Assembly: GCA_963769935.1 (NCBI GenBank)
Contig: CAVYNY010000007.1
Coordinates: 192,001-256,000, forward strand
From: an uncultured delta proteobacterium
Lineage (GTDB): Bacteria; Desulfobacterota; Desulfobacteria; Desulfobacterales; JAFDCJ01
Direction of reading: 5' to 3'
DNA: 64,000 nucleotides
This document shows, one piece after another, positions 1-8,176 of the stretch; the first letter of the stretch is position 1; each line of letters begins with the position of its first letter. Made by a program: the position numbers and the translations under genes. The notes below the pieces were generated by a model. That model had not been told where the DNA came from and did no database searches. It saw nothing but the letters and a program-made list of their open reading frames with translations.

Positions 1-2
1 CT

Positions 3-269
3 GAAAGAGAAGAACTGCACAGCCTGGCGCGCTATATCCGACGTAAAGTTAAGCATATTTGCAAACAGGCGATTGCCGCAGAAGATATTCGGGAAGATGA
101 AAAATTCTGGGTCCTGGCAACCCTCTATGAGGCATGCGTGGGTGTCGGAGACAATGAGGAAGCCGACAAGTGGTATGCCGAAGCTGAAAAGGTGGCCAAA
201 GATCAATGGATGAAGGCAACGATGGATGAACAGGATAAGAAATTGCGTGCCATTTTGAACGCGATTTAA
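3..269 (+). CDS. Partial (5'-truncated by window) TPR-S/DUF4071-like helical protein, C-terminus
   Basis: Own translation of frame 3: ...EKFWVLATLYEACVGVGDNEEADKWYAEAEKVAKDQWMKATMDEQDKKLRAILNAI*. This matches the W-x2-AT-x2-EA...A...Y...W-x3-T...Q pattern I recall for TPR-S/DUF4071 C-termini. Confidence 0.5.
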   Translation, partial: EREELHSLARYIRRKVKHICKQAIAAEDIREDEKFWVLATLYEACVGVGDNEEADKWYAEAEKVAKDQWMKATMDEQDKKLRAILNAI

Positions 270-308
270 TTTTTGTATCATCGCATAGATGACGGGCAGG
301 CATGGGCG

Positions 309-390
309 CCGGGCAAACACCCGCTCACGGTGAAGGCCAGCAGTTTATTATGTTATTGGGCGGTAAGAAAGCTGGGTATCACTGCCACCA
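309..390 (+). pseudogene. Remnant of the C-terminal HTH of a RAYT/IS200-like transposase
   Basis: PGKHPLTVKASSLLCYWAVRKLGITAT is homologous to the remnants at 3553-3700 and 3870-3950. Confidence 0.55.
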
Positions 391-409
391 AATGTCTCCT
401 ATTGGGGCG

Positions 410-527
410 GACCACCGCAAGGTTTTGTATCCATGGTAAAAAGGTTGAAAAGCACGGGTAATTTTTGACCTTGGAAGCATATTTTGAGCCATGAAAATGC
501 GGTTCTAAGGTCTCAAAAGGGGTATCT
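410..527 (+). repeat. Imperfect ~118-bp direct repeat, copy 1 (upstream of TIR gene)
   Basis: 488-527 matches 1911-1950 at 37/40. Weaker similarity extends back to GACCACCGYAAGGTT at 410 and 1833. Confidence 0.8.
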
Positions 528-625
528 ATGATAGGCTATTGAAAACATATCAGAATGATGGTGTGGTCCGATCACGCAGGACCGGACCCCGCAGGACCGC
601 GGGCGCAAACCGAGGAATTCGGAAA

Positions 626-1774
626 ATGAAAACCGATTGGATGATTTACGTCAAATGGCACACCATCGTGAAATGGAAGCGCAGAATGAATCTCGACAGC
701 GAGCCGGGTCAGCGGGAGTACCCTTTTCAATACGCCAGCAATGGACGGCGATTCCGGGAAATTAAAGCTGGAGATGTTCTCTGGGTGGTGACCAATCCCC
801 GTTTCAGTAAAACGGGCCGGCCGGTGACATACGGCCGGCCCCTCCCAATCGCTGTCATGGCAAGGCTTCGGGTCCGCACCGTGTGCTGCCAGGGCCATGA
901 CGTTACGATAGTGTGCGGGAAAAAACTCCCCAGCTGTTTAGACGTTCCAAACCTCAGAATCCACCAGGCCTCGGACAGACTTGTCGGGGACATCCTGGTC
1001 GTTGGTGAAGCGGACGTAGATGATGCAGGCCCTCTTGAAGTCACTTATCCGCCGCTGTACAACATTTTCGGCATCCTGGGTCAACTGGCATTTCAAAACA
1101 AGCGGGGGAATTCGAATCTCGATGCCTACCTCGCTTGGGTGAAATCCGGCAACTACTGGCGGACAGGCGTGCCAGAGCCGGGAAAGGACGAGCCGGGCCC
1201 ACACTGGAAACTGGGTCAGCACCTTCAGTCCTTGAGGAAGCTGACACCGGAGGCCGGGGCCCTTCTCGACGGTGTTCACACATCTGCCGTGAATGGCCGT
1301 CGTATCTTTCTCAGTTACCGCCATGCCGATGTGAAGAATCTCGCTGAGGCAGGCACTCCGGAGCGCAGCATGGAACAGTGGATGGCGGCGCTGGCAGAAG
1401 AGCTGGAAAAAAAGGCGTTTGTCTCGTGGCTCGACAAGCATCAAATCTTGGACAACGGTGCAAATATCGGACTGCTGGACCAAACACTGCGGGACGGTGT
1501 GCGCCAAGCTGTGTTTTTCGTCGCCTTGATAACACCAGGATATGCCGTATCAAAAATAGGGCAGGAGAGGAACTGGACACGCGAAGAATGGGATAGCGCC
1601 GGCAAACAGGTCAACAATCCCAGCCGCCGAGACCAGCTGATTCGAATCGGACTGCTTTGCGGCGGGGATGCCGGCACCCTGCCCAAAGAGCCGATCGACC
1701 GATTCGTGGAAACCAAAGCCACGCCTCAAGCCATTGCGAGAGCGATCGACGCGGTTGCAGCGGAAATCGTCTGA
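626..1774 (+). CDS. TIR-domain protein with uncharacterised (possibly PUA/EVE-like) N-terminal domain
   Basis: C-terminal RIFLSYRHAD...WLDK...FVALITPGY...WTREEW is a TIR_2-like pattern with the candidate catalytic Glu. ATG 626 (GAGG upstream) preferred over TTG 539. Confidence 0.8.
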   Translation: MKTDWMIYVKWHTIVKWKRRMNLDSEPGQREYPFQYASNGRRFREIKAGDVLWVVTNPRFSKTGRPVTYGRPLPIAVMARLRVRTVCCQGHDVTIVCGKKLPSCLDVPNLRIHQASDRLVGDILVVGEADVDDAGPLEVTYPPLYNIFGILGQLAFQNKRGNSNLDAYLAWVKSGNYWRTGVPEPGKDEPGPHWKLGQHLQSLRKLTPEAGALLDGVHTSAVNGRRIFLSYRHADVKNLAEAGTPERSMEQWMAALAEELEKKAFVSWLDKHQILDNGANIGLLDQTLRDGVRQAVFFVALITPGYAVSKIGQERNWTREEWDSAGKQVNNPSRRDQLIRIGLLCGGDAGTLPKEPIDRFVETKATPQAIARAIDAVAAEIV

Positions 1775-1832
1775 CCGGCCTGATGAGCGTTGGAAGCGAA
1801 TTGTGGGTCGGACCGTAACGAATTGTGGGTCA

Positions 1833-1950
1833 GACCACCGTAAGGTTAAAAATTCGTGATAAAAGGATTGAAAAGTAGGGGCGATTTTTAACCTCAGAAG
1901 TGTTATATGGGCCATGAAAATGCGGTTTTAAGGGCTCAAAACGGGTATCT
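1833..1950 (+). repeat. Imperfect ~118-bp direct repeat, copy 2 (downstream of TIR gene)
   Basis: See copy 1. It is preceded by a local duplication, CGAATTGTGGGTCRGACC x2 (~1797-1836). Confidence 0.8.
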
Positions 1951-1986
1951 TTGGTGCGACCCGCGAGAGATTTGTGTTGACGAAGG

Positions 1987-3159
1987 TCAGTAAGTTGTCG
2001 AAGATTTGAAGAAAATAACCGAGACAATCGTGCCCGCCAGACCAACCAAGCCCCCCACAAGAAAGGCCACAGGGATGCTGGAGACATCGGCGATCACCCC
2101 AAACAGAATCGGTCCCAACACCTGCCCGAGGCTCAGCGAAGTCGTGAAAGCTCCCGTAACAGATCCCATTCCATAGATTCTCCCCCTTTCAGTCCGGATC
2201 GCGATAGCCGAAGCACGCGAAACGGAACTGAATCCCCCCATGCTTATCGCCAGGACCACAAACATCAACATGCTGTGCGAGTAGGCGGCGGCACACATGG
2301 ACAAGGCACTGCAGGTGCCTCCTATTAAAATGAGATTAACCTTCTGGGATGGAAATTTATCCGCCATCAATCCAAACGGAAACTGCATTATGCTTCCAAA
2401 GAGCATGTAGACAGAAAGAACCAGACCGATATCGGCAGGGCTCATTTTTTCTGCTCTTACGGCAATCAGCGGAAAGAATGTATTGAATCCCCACCTGTAA
2501 AATCCCCTCGTAACCATGTATGCCATGATGCCGATCATGGGTTTGTCTTTGAAAACCGGAAGAATGGCCTTTAAGAAAGACGCCCTTTTCTTGTCACGGC
2601 TCTTGAAGGCGGGACTTTCCGGCACGAGGAAAAGCATCAATACCAATACCAGCAGTGACAGTCCTCCCATGGCGTAGAAAGGAGCTTTTATATTGAACCG
2701 GTCGGTGAGATATCCTCCGAGGTATGGGCCTATCGCCATCCCCGCAAAGAAGGACATGAAGAATAGATTCATGTATTTGCCCTCCTTTCCGACCGGCGTT
2801 AAGTCGCCGACGTAGGCCTGGGCCACCGGCGTGACTAACACCACCGCGAATCCCTGCAGGAGCCTGATAAGAGTCAAAGTCAGCGGAGAGCCGGCGTAAA
2901 CAAAGCAGGCAGAAACCACGGTGAAGAGAACCAATCCGGCTATCATGAGGTATTTCCTGCCGTGTCGATCCGAGTACTGGCCAATAAATGGGGCAAATAT
3001 GCTTCTCGACAATGCGAAGCCGGCGAAGATAATTCCCAACTGGACCCCGGTCGCCTTCATGCTCTTAGCATACAGGGGCAAGATCGGGTCGATTATTCCC
3101 AGCCCAGTCATCGTGATGACTGTGGCAAAAAATAGGGTGATGTAGATTTTCTTATTCAT
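1987..3159 (-). CDS. MFS transporter (DHA1/TetA-like)
   Basis: 390 aa, ~12 hydrophobic segments, MFS motif A GQYSDRHGRK. Confidence 0.9.
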   Translation of the reverse strand: MNKKIYITLFFATVITMTGLGIIDPILPLYAKSMKATGVQLGIIFAGFALSRSIFAPFIGQYSDRHGRKYLMIAGLVLFTVVSACFVYAGSPLTLTLIRLLQGFAVVLVTPVAQAYVGDLTPVGKEGKYMNLFFMSFFAGMAIGPYLGGYLTDRFNIKAPFYAMGGLSLLVLVLMLFLVPESPAFKSRDKKRASFLKAILPVFKDKPMIGIMAYMVTRGFYRWGFNTFFPLIAVRAEKMSPADIGLVLSVYMLFGSIMQFPFGLMADKFPSQKVNLILIGGTCSALSMCAAAYSHSMLMFVVLAISMGGFSSVSRASAIAIRTERGRIYGMGSVTGAFTTSLSLGQVLGPILFGVIADVSSIPVAFLVGGLVGLAGTIVSVIFFKSSTTY

Positions 3160-3254
3160 ATCAGTTGGATTTTTCTGAGTTTAAAAATACGATTGAAGAG
3201 CACCTGGGTCAAGAAGTGATGTGTGAATGCCAAATTTTAAATTATCCATTGGAG

Positions 3255-3326
3255 CTGCGGTATTAGATGAGGCAAAAGAGCGGTTAGAGGAGCGTTATCG
3301 GCTTCGGGCTTAAGGGTATGATTTAG
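3255..3326 (+). pseudogene. RAYT/IS200-like transposase remnant with in-frame stop
   Basis: Own translation AVLDEAKERLEERYRLRA*GYDL, resembling the segment that precedes the C-terminal HTH in this family. Confidence 0.45.
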
Positions 3327-3360
3327 AAATTTATAATTTTCAGGGTCTCTTGGGTCAGGC

Positions 3361-3517
3361 CTAATGCCGTTAACTTAAGAAAAATATTTTTAACCGACAT
3401 CATCTCTCGCTTAGGTCTGGGACTGGGAAAGATTGAAAAGACTGGATTCCGGCCTTCGCCGGAATGACGAAAAAAGCAATCACATAAGGGTCAGAAGGCT
3501 TAAGTTAATGGCATTAG
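3361..3517. mobile_element. MITE with IS4-like terminal inverted repeats
   Basis: CTAATGCCGTTAACTTAAG (3361-3379) and CTTAAGTTAATGGCATTAG (3499-3517) are inverted at 18/19 and resemble the IS4 IR TAATGCCGATCAGTTAAG. No ORF inside. Confidence 0.7.
3442..3469 (-). repeat. CGTC-type REP-like palindrome inside the MITE
   Basis: Minus strand reads CGTCATTCCGGCGAAGGCCGGAATCCAG, with stem ATTCCGGC/GCCGGAAT. Confidence 0.75.
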
Positions 3518-3552
3518 GTCCGACCCGGCAGTTGGGGTAAGAATTTGAATGG

Positions 3553-3798
3553 TTGGTAGATCGAGTGACCAGCTTCTTCGGTCTTACTTCCAAGGAGTTA
3601 TTGACGGTCGGAAAGCAACGGAGAACGGTAAAGGCCCGGAGCGTGTTATGCTATTGGGGGACGCGGGAACTTGGGATGAGCGCGGTTTGGATATCGAAAA
3701 AAACTGAACATCGCGTCCTCGACGGCAAGCGAATCCGCGGCGAGGGGTCGGCAAATCGTCGAAAGGCAAGGGTTGAATCTTGTGGACGAAAATATTGA
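3553..3798 (+). pseudogene. RAYT/IS200-like transposase C-terminal (DnaA-like HTH) remnant, probably frameshifted
   Basis: VDRVTSFFGLTSKELLTVGKQRRTVKARSVLCYWGTRELGMSAVWISKK. No N-terminal HUH domain; probable frameshift in the A-run near 3697-3703. Confidence 0.6.
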
Positions 3799-3869
3799 AT
3801 AATCCGAAAATCCGAGGAACGCCCCGGTATACGCGGTATACGGGGTATATGCTGTCCGAGTGGCGGCAA

Positions 3870-3950
3870 GAAGTCTGCTGTGTTATAGGGCCGTGCGCGA
3901 GCTGGGCTTTTCAGCCACCGAGTTGGCAAAACGACTTAAGATGACACAAC
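3870..3950 (+). pseudogene. Further transposase HTH remnant
   Basis: Own translation SLLCYRAVRELGFSATELAKRLKMTQ, paralogous to the other remnants. Confidence 0.55.
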
Positions 3951-3979
3951 TTGTACCCCCCTGAATTTTATTGTATTCT
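3951..3979 (+). promoter_or_regulatory. Putative sigma70 promoter of the TA cassette
   Basis: TTGTAC-17 bp-TATTCT upstream of the GGAGG RBS and ATG 4012. Confidence 0.45.
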
Positions 3980-4011
3980 GGTGTGGTTAAAGGCATTGTG
4001 GAGGATACCCC

Positions 4012-4329
4012 ATGATTGAGAAGACCAACGCTAAAGAGTTAATATTTAAGCGTATCTTAGACGAAAAAAAACAACTTGCGTTCTATGGCGTCAAAAATAT
4101 TAGATTATTCGGTTCCTTTGTCCGGGGTGACCAGACGCCCTTGAGCGACATAGATATTCTCGTGGAATTCACGCCTGAAAAGCACACTTTCGACAATTTT
4201 ATGGAAGTTGCATTCCTATTGGAAGAGATCCTGGGACGCAAAGTAGAGTTGATTACGCCAGAGGCTCTCAGTCCGCACATCGGGCCTCACATCCTAAGGG
4301 AGGTTGAGCGTGCCCCTATCGCCGCATGA
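4012..4329 (+). CDS. Minimal nucleotidyltransferase (MNT, MntA-like antitoxin)
   Basis: LFGSFVRGD...SDIDILVEF...LEEILGRKVEL motif; 105 aa; GGAGG RBS. Confidence 0.9.
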   Translation: MIEKTNAKELIFKRILDEKKQLAFYGVKNIRLFGSFVRGDQTPLSDIDILVEFTPEKHTFDNFMEVAFLLEEILGRKVELITPEALSPHIGPHILREVERAPIAA

Positions 4330-4440
4330 ATATATCCATCATATCTTTGATGAGATCGACTACATTTTAACCCAGATATCGGACGCTCGAAGCTTCAGAC
4401 TCTGCTTGAAGCAATCGAAAAAAGCCAACCAAACAGTTGA
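4310..4440 (+). pseudogene. HepT/DUF86 toxin pseudogene with large internal deletion
   Basis: GTG 4310 overlaps the MNT end and gives VPLSPHEYIHHIFDEIDYILTQISD (DUF86-like N-terminus). It is joined out of frame to KLQTLLEAIEKSQPNS* (C-terminus-like). The RxxxxH motif is absent. Confidence 0.65.
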
Positions 4441-4510
4441 GCGGACGCGGGCAACTTGAGGGATTTTTCATGTCGGTATGATGCCGCGCCGCTCACTTCC
4501 CAGGTTATGT
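4423..4510 (+). other. attC-like integron recombination site
   Basis: AGCCAAC...GTTGAGCGGACGCGG...CCGCGCCGCTCAC...GTTATGT: AAC/GTT cores and paired L arms with two unpaired bases, 88 bp, at the 3' end of the TA pair. Confidence 0.7.
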
Positions 4511-4677
4511 TTTTATCAAAACATCTTTGAAAATCGATCAAAATTATGGGAGGTGAGAAGCAGCGAGAAGACCTTCCCCGGTCACTTAGCACAATTTCAG
4601 ATGCTTAAATTTCTCGCCCTCTTTCACTTTGAGTATAAAAATTCCAAGCTCTAAAAAACCGATAACCCCAATCTTGG

Positions 4678-7600
4678 CTACTGCACCTGCGCTTGATACG
4701 GTTCCAGGGGAAGCGCCAGGGGTGAGTTGTCGACGACCGGGTTGCGCGTATCCGGCATGGCGCCGTAGAGATAGCGAACCGTTGCGCTTTCGGTAAGCGG
4801 ATTTTCCAACGTGATGCTGATGGTCGTCGGATTAAGGCGTTTGACCTCTGCGATGGGCTGGGCCGTTTCATTCACCAGGACTTCCCAGCCGGAAATACCA
4901 TCGACCGGCGTAAAATCCGATCCCCCCCGGTGTTCAATGCTGACATCTATGCGGCGGTCGTTAATTCGCCTGGCCGCGGTTGCCGTCGGTCCGCGATAAT
5001 ATTGCGCTTTCCCCAGGATATATAAAACCGTTTGCGCAACCCGGTATCCCATGGCCGTATACGCGTCCGGCTGCATATGCTGCTTTCCTCGATTTTTAAG
5101 ATCAAGAGTGGTGGCGGCCAGATAGCACTCAGGCACGTTTTCGGCAACGTATTTTTGAGCATTGCGGATGGCCTGGTGAGGTTCGTCCCAGCCCCCGGGA
5201 CGTCTGGTCATCATAATGACCAGAAAAGGCAGATGTTTACGATCCGAGCCGTTGGCAATGTCGGTCCGTACCTGATTCGTGATGAAGCTTTCGAGAGAGT
5301 CGCGATACTCCGTTTCGGTTACGGTTCTTCGGGCGGCATCCGCTTCACCCTGAAACCAGATGACAAATTCCAATACGCCGCCGACCTTTGACGCCCCGGC
5401 AACAAAATGGCTATAAATGGAGCCCGGCGCAGTATTTTCCCAGTAACCCGTGCCCCAGTCCGCCTCCTTGCGCAATCCGGAGCCGTTAACAGCAAAATCC
5501 AGCAATCCGACCGGTATTCCTAAGCTTTCGACCAGCCGGTTGCCGAAGGCCAGGGCCCCGTTGCCTCGGCTGCCCAATGACGTCCAGCCTTTATGCGAAT
5601 ATTTTCGAAGCATGGAATGCGCTTTAAATGATTCACCCGCATGGAACCACTCTTTCATGTTTGACTGACCCAGGCAGGCAATCAAGATTCCGACGCCCCA
5701 TTGATTCGATCCCTTGTCTGAAACTGAAGTTTTGCGGCCGAACCGAACCTGAAGATTGTACCAGCCTCCCTGGGGTACGCCGGCCAGCACACCCACAAAA
5801 ATACCGTTCTGCGGCGAATTGTCAATGATGGTCCAGGGCACAATATCTTCGCTGCTGTCCGCTCTGACGACCCTGGCCTCGATGGGTTCGACCGCTCCGG
5901 TACAGGTGCCGGATACGATGATATCCGCCCGGCGGTTATTGCGCTGGAAAATGCGTCCGTCTTCAAAGTCGGTCAATGTGATCGAAGGCGGATCCTCATC
6001 TGATTTTTGCACTTTCTCAGAAACGATTGGTTTGACATCGATGCTGCCTTCCATATTGCCGGTATGACTGACGCCGCTATCGGGTTTTGCTGTTGGTTCG
6101 GCATTTTCAGGCTCCGGCACAGGGGCAATAACGGCCGGTTTCCATTCGTGATCGGAGACTTTATCTCCGGCCTCATCGGGCTGATATCTATCGGAACGCG
6201 GGGGAGTACGGTCTTCAACAGCCTGATCATGGTCCGGCGGAATATCAGACTGGTTCGAGATTTTGGAATCGGCTTTTGCACCCAAGTCATGGTCCGGCGG
6301 AATATCAGACTGGGTCGAGATCGTGGAATCGGCTTTTGCAATCAAGTCATGGTCCGGCGGAATATCAGACTGGTTCGAGATTTCGGAATCGGCTTTTGCA
6401 ACTAAATCATGTTCCGGCAGGATTTTAGGTTCGCTTGAGAGATCAGAATTGGCTTCCGGTTTGGATGACTCGGCAGCCGTTTCAGGTTTAGCGGCGGTTG
6501 ATTCAATCTCAGGCTCGATTTTCACCTTCAGGTAACTTTTCGATGATCGATATTCCGCATCACCGGACGGTGTCCCGTCACCTGCCGCATCGATTATATC
6601 GGCATTCAAAGGGGGCGAGGGAAAGTTAAAAGCAGCGTCCTGTTCGGAAGTTTCCGCAATCCGGCCTCCAACAGATGCATATTCACCCGCATCAGGAGAT
6701 TCAGCGGCCGCTACCGTTTCGTTGCGAGGCGGTTGGTCCGTTGCCGGACGATCGGAAAATTCGATCAATTCGGCTGAGCGCAGCACGATCAGGCCGGCCT
6801 TTTCGCCCGGAAAAAATCGCAGCGACACCGTTTCCTGAAAGGGCAGCGGCAGGAAAAATTCCGTGATTCCCGGCTTGATGATTTTATGGACTGCATCCAG
6901 CAGCGGTATCCGGTATTGAATCGTCATGCGGTCCGACTGGCGCGCTGCCAGCGACAGCTTGAGCACCCGGAAAACATGATTGTTCGAGGCGGCCACGTCC
7001 GGCAATTCAAACGCGGACCCGGCTCCCAATGATTTGATTTCCAAACCATCCGGCCGATTAGCCAATGATGTTTGTGAGACCGGAGCCACTGTGGCCAAAT
7101 CCAGTGCAATTCTATGGGTGCTTTGCGCTTCGGGCTCCAGCATGGCATAGATTCGGTCAACGTCGATGTTCAGCGTCTGCAGCGCCGTTTGAGCGCTTTC
7201 CAACAATATGTATTTATACGCAAGCCAATCTTCCTTGTGCTGAATGGAGGGGATCCGGTCGGCCGGGACGACGGCAAGCTGTTTGAACATCTGCAACAGG
7301 TAGGGGGAAAGATTTTGCTGGAACAAGTCGCCGTATAGAATACCGGCCGGCAGATCGGACCGGTTGGAGCCGGCAAGGCGGCGGAAGGGCGTCTCCACGA
7401 TTTCCGCCGACAGTCCCATCAGACGGACGCCCAGATCGCCGATCCCGTCGTCGTGACTTGCGATGTAATCCAATGGGCCTGAACCGGCAGCAGCGTCATG
7501 GATGCGGTGATAGATGCTTTCGGCGGCCACCAACGCGCCCAGGCCGTTCCAGTGGGCATGCGTTTTGTCGTACAGCAGCGCCCGGCTTCTTTTGGCGGCT

Positions 7601-8172
7601 TTTATCACCTCGTCAAGCGGAACATAACTTTTTAGCGGATGGCGGTCCAGGCACCCCAGCAGCAGATCGAGTTGGCTGCGTCCGCTGTTGAGGAATTCGG
7701 GAGCCAGGCCGAGAAACTCGGGATAAACGATTGCCTTAGCCGGTGCCACGATGAATAAAAAACGCCGGCCTGAGGCGGTGACGATCTTCTCGATAGCGTG
7801 AAGCTGGAGCGCCAGCCGCTCCATATCAGCATCTTTGGCATCGTCTGCATTGCGGTAGTCCGTGATAGACTTGCGGCTGTACAACCAGCCGTCCCGGCCG
7901 ATGTGGACATCCTTCGCATCGGTTGTCCGAAACAGATTGAAATCAATCCAATTTTTGGCCAACATCAGCGGACCGCGCATTGAGAAACTGTCATCAAAAT
8001 ATTGCCCAAAAGCCCGGTAGTATTCTTTTTCCAGGAAGGCCCGGCCATAAGGTTGCGGAAATTTAAGTCCGAGCCGATTGATGTTGATGCCGAAATCCAG
8101 GCCCAGGATCCAGGCTGCGGTCGGCACAATCAGCAGGGAAACAAATAGTATGGCCAAAAATTTTCTCATCAA
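4678..8172 (-). CDS. AlgJ/AlgX-like SGNH domain + acidic repeat linker + sialate O-acetylesterase (SASA)-like domain fusion
   Basis: N-terminal TM; VHIGRDGWLY, APAKAIVYPE and THAHWN (AlgJ/AlgX-like); C-terminal GQSNM, WFQGEAD and QH...Y...G.R (SASA-like). Directly downstream of MBOAT. Confidence 0.75.
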   Translation of the reverse strand: MMRKFLAILFVSLLIVPTAAWILGLDFGININRLGLKFPQPYGRAFLEKEYYRAFGQYFDDSFSMRGPLMLAKNWIDFNLFRTTDAKDVHIGRDGWLYSRKSITDYRNADDAKDADMERLALQLHAIEKIVTASGRRFLFIVAPAKAIVYPEFLGLAPEFLNSGRSQLDLLLGCLDRHPLKSYVPLDEVIKAAKRSRALLYDKTHAHWNGLGALVAAESIYHRIHDAAAGSGPLDYIASHDDGIGDLGVRLMGLSAEIVETPFRRLAGSNRSDLPAGILYGDLFQQNLSPYLLQMFKQLAVVPADRIPSIQHKEDWLAYKYILLESAQTALQTLNIDVDRIYAMLEPEAQSTHRIALDLATVAPVSQTSLANRPDGLEIKSLGAGSAFELPDVAASNNHVFRVLKLSLAARQSDRMTIQYRIPLLDAVHKIIKPGITEFFLPLPFQETVSLRFFPGEKAGLIVLRSAELIEFSDRPATDQPPRNETVAAAESPDAGEYASVGGRIAETSEQDAAFNFPSPPLNADIIDAAGDGTPSGDAEYRSSKSYLKVKIEPEIESTAAKPETAAESSKPEANSDLSSEPKILPEHDLVAKADSEISNQSDIPPDHDLIAKADSTISTQSDIPPDHDLGAKADSKISNQSDIPPDHDQAVEDRTPPRSDRYQPDEAGDKVSDHEWKPAVIAPVPEPENAEPTAKPDSGVSHTGNMEGSIDVKPIVSEKVQKSDEDPPSITLTDFEDGRIFQRNNRRADIIVSGTCTGAVEPIEARVVRADSSEDIVPWTIIDNSPQNGIFVGVLAGVPQGGWYNLQVRFGRKTSVSDKGSNQWGVGILIACLGQSNMKEWFHAGESFKAHSMLRKYSHKGWTSLGSRGNGALAFGNRLVESLGIPVGLLDFAVNGSGLRKEADWGTGYWENTAPGSIYSHFVAGASKVGGVLEFVIWFQGEADAARRTVTETEYRDSLESFITNQVRTDIANGSDRKHLPFLVIMMTRRPGGWDEPHQAIRNAQKYVAENVPECYLAATTLDLKNRGKQHMQPDAYTAMGYRVAQTVLYILGKAQYYRGPTATAARRINDRRIDVSIEHRGGSDFTPVDGISGWEVLVNETAQPIAEVKRLNPTTISITLENPLTESATVRYLYGAMPDTRNPVVDNSPLALPLEPYQAQVQ
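6227..6420 (-). repeat. Intragenic 60-bp tandem repeat, three full copies plus a partial
   Basis: Units begin at 6227, 6287, 6347 and 6407 and encode AKADS(E/T/K)IS(N/T)QSDIPPDHDL-type 20-aa repeats. Confidence 0.95.
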
Positions 8173-8176
8173 TGCC

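Noticed and set aside
6227..6420. CRISPR array
   Set aside because: The units are contiguous 60-bp in-frame coding repeats with no unique spacers and no cas genes.
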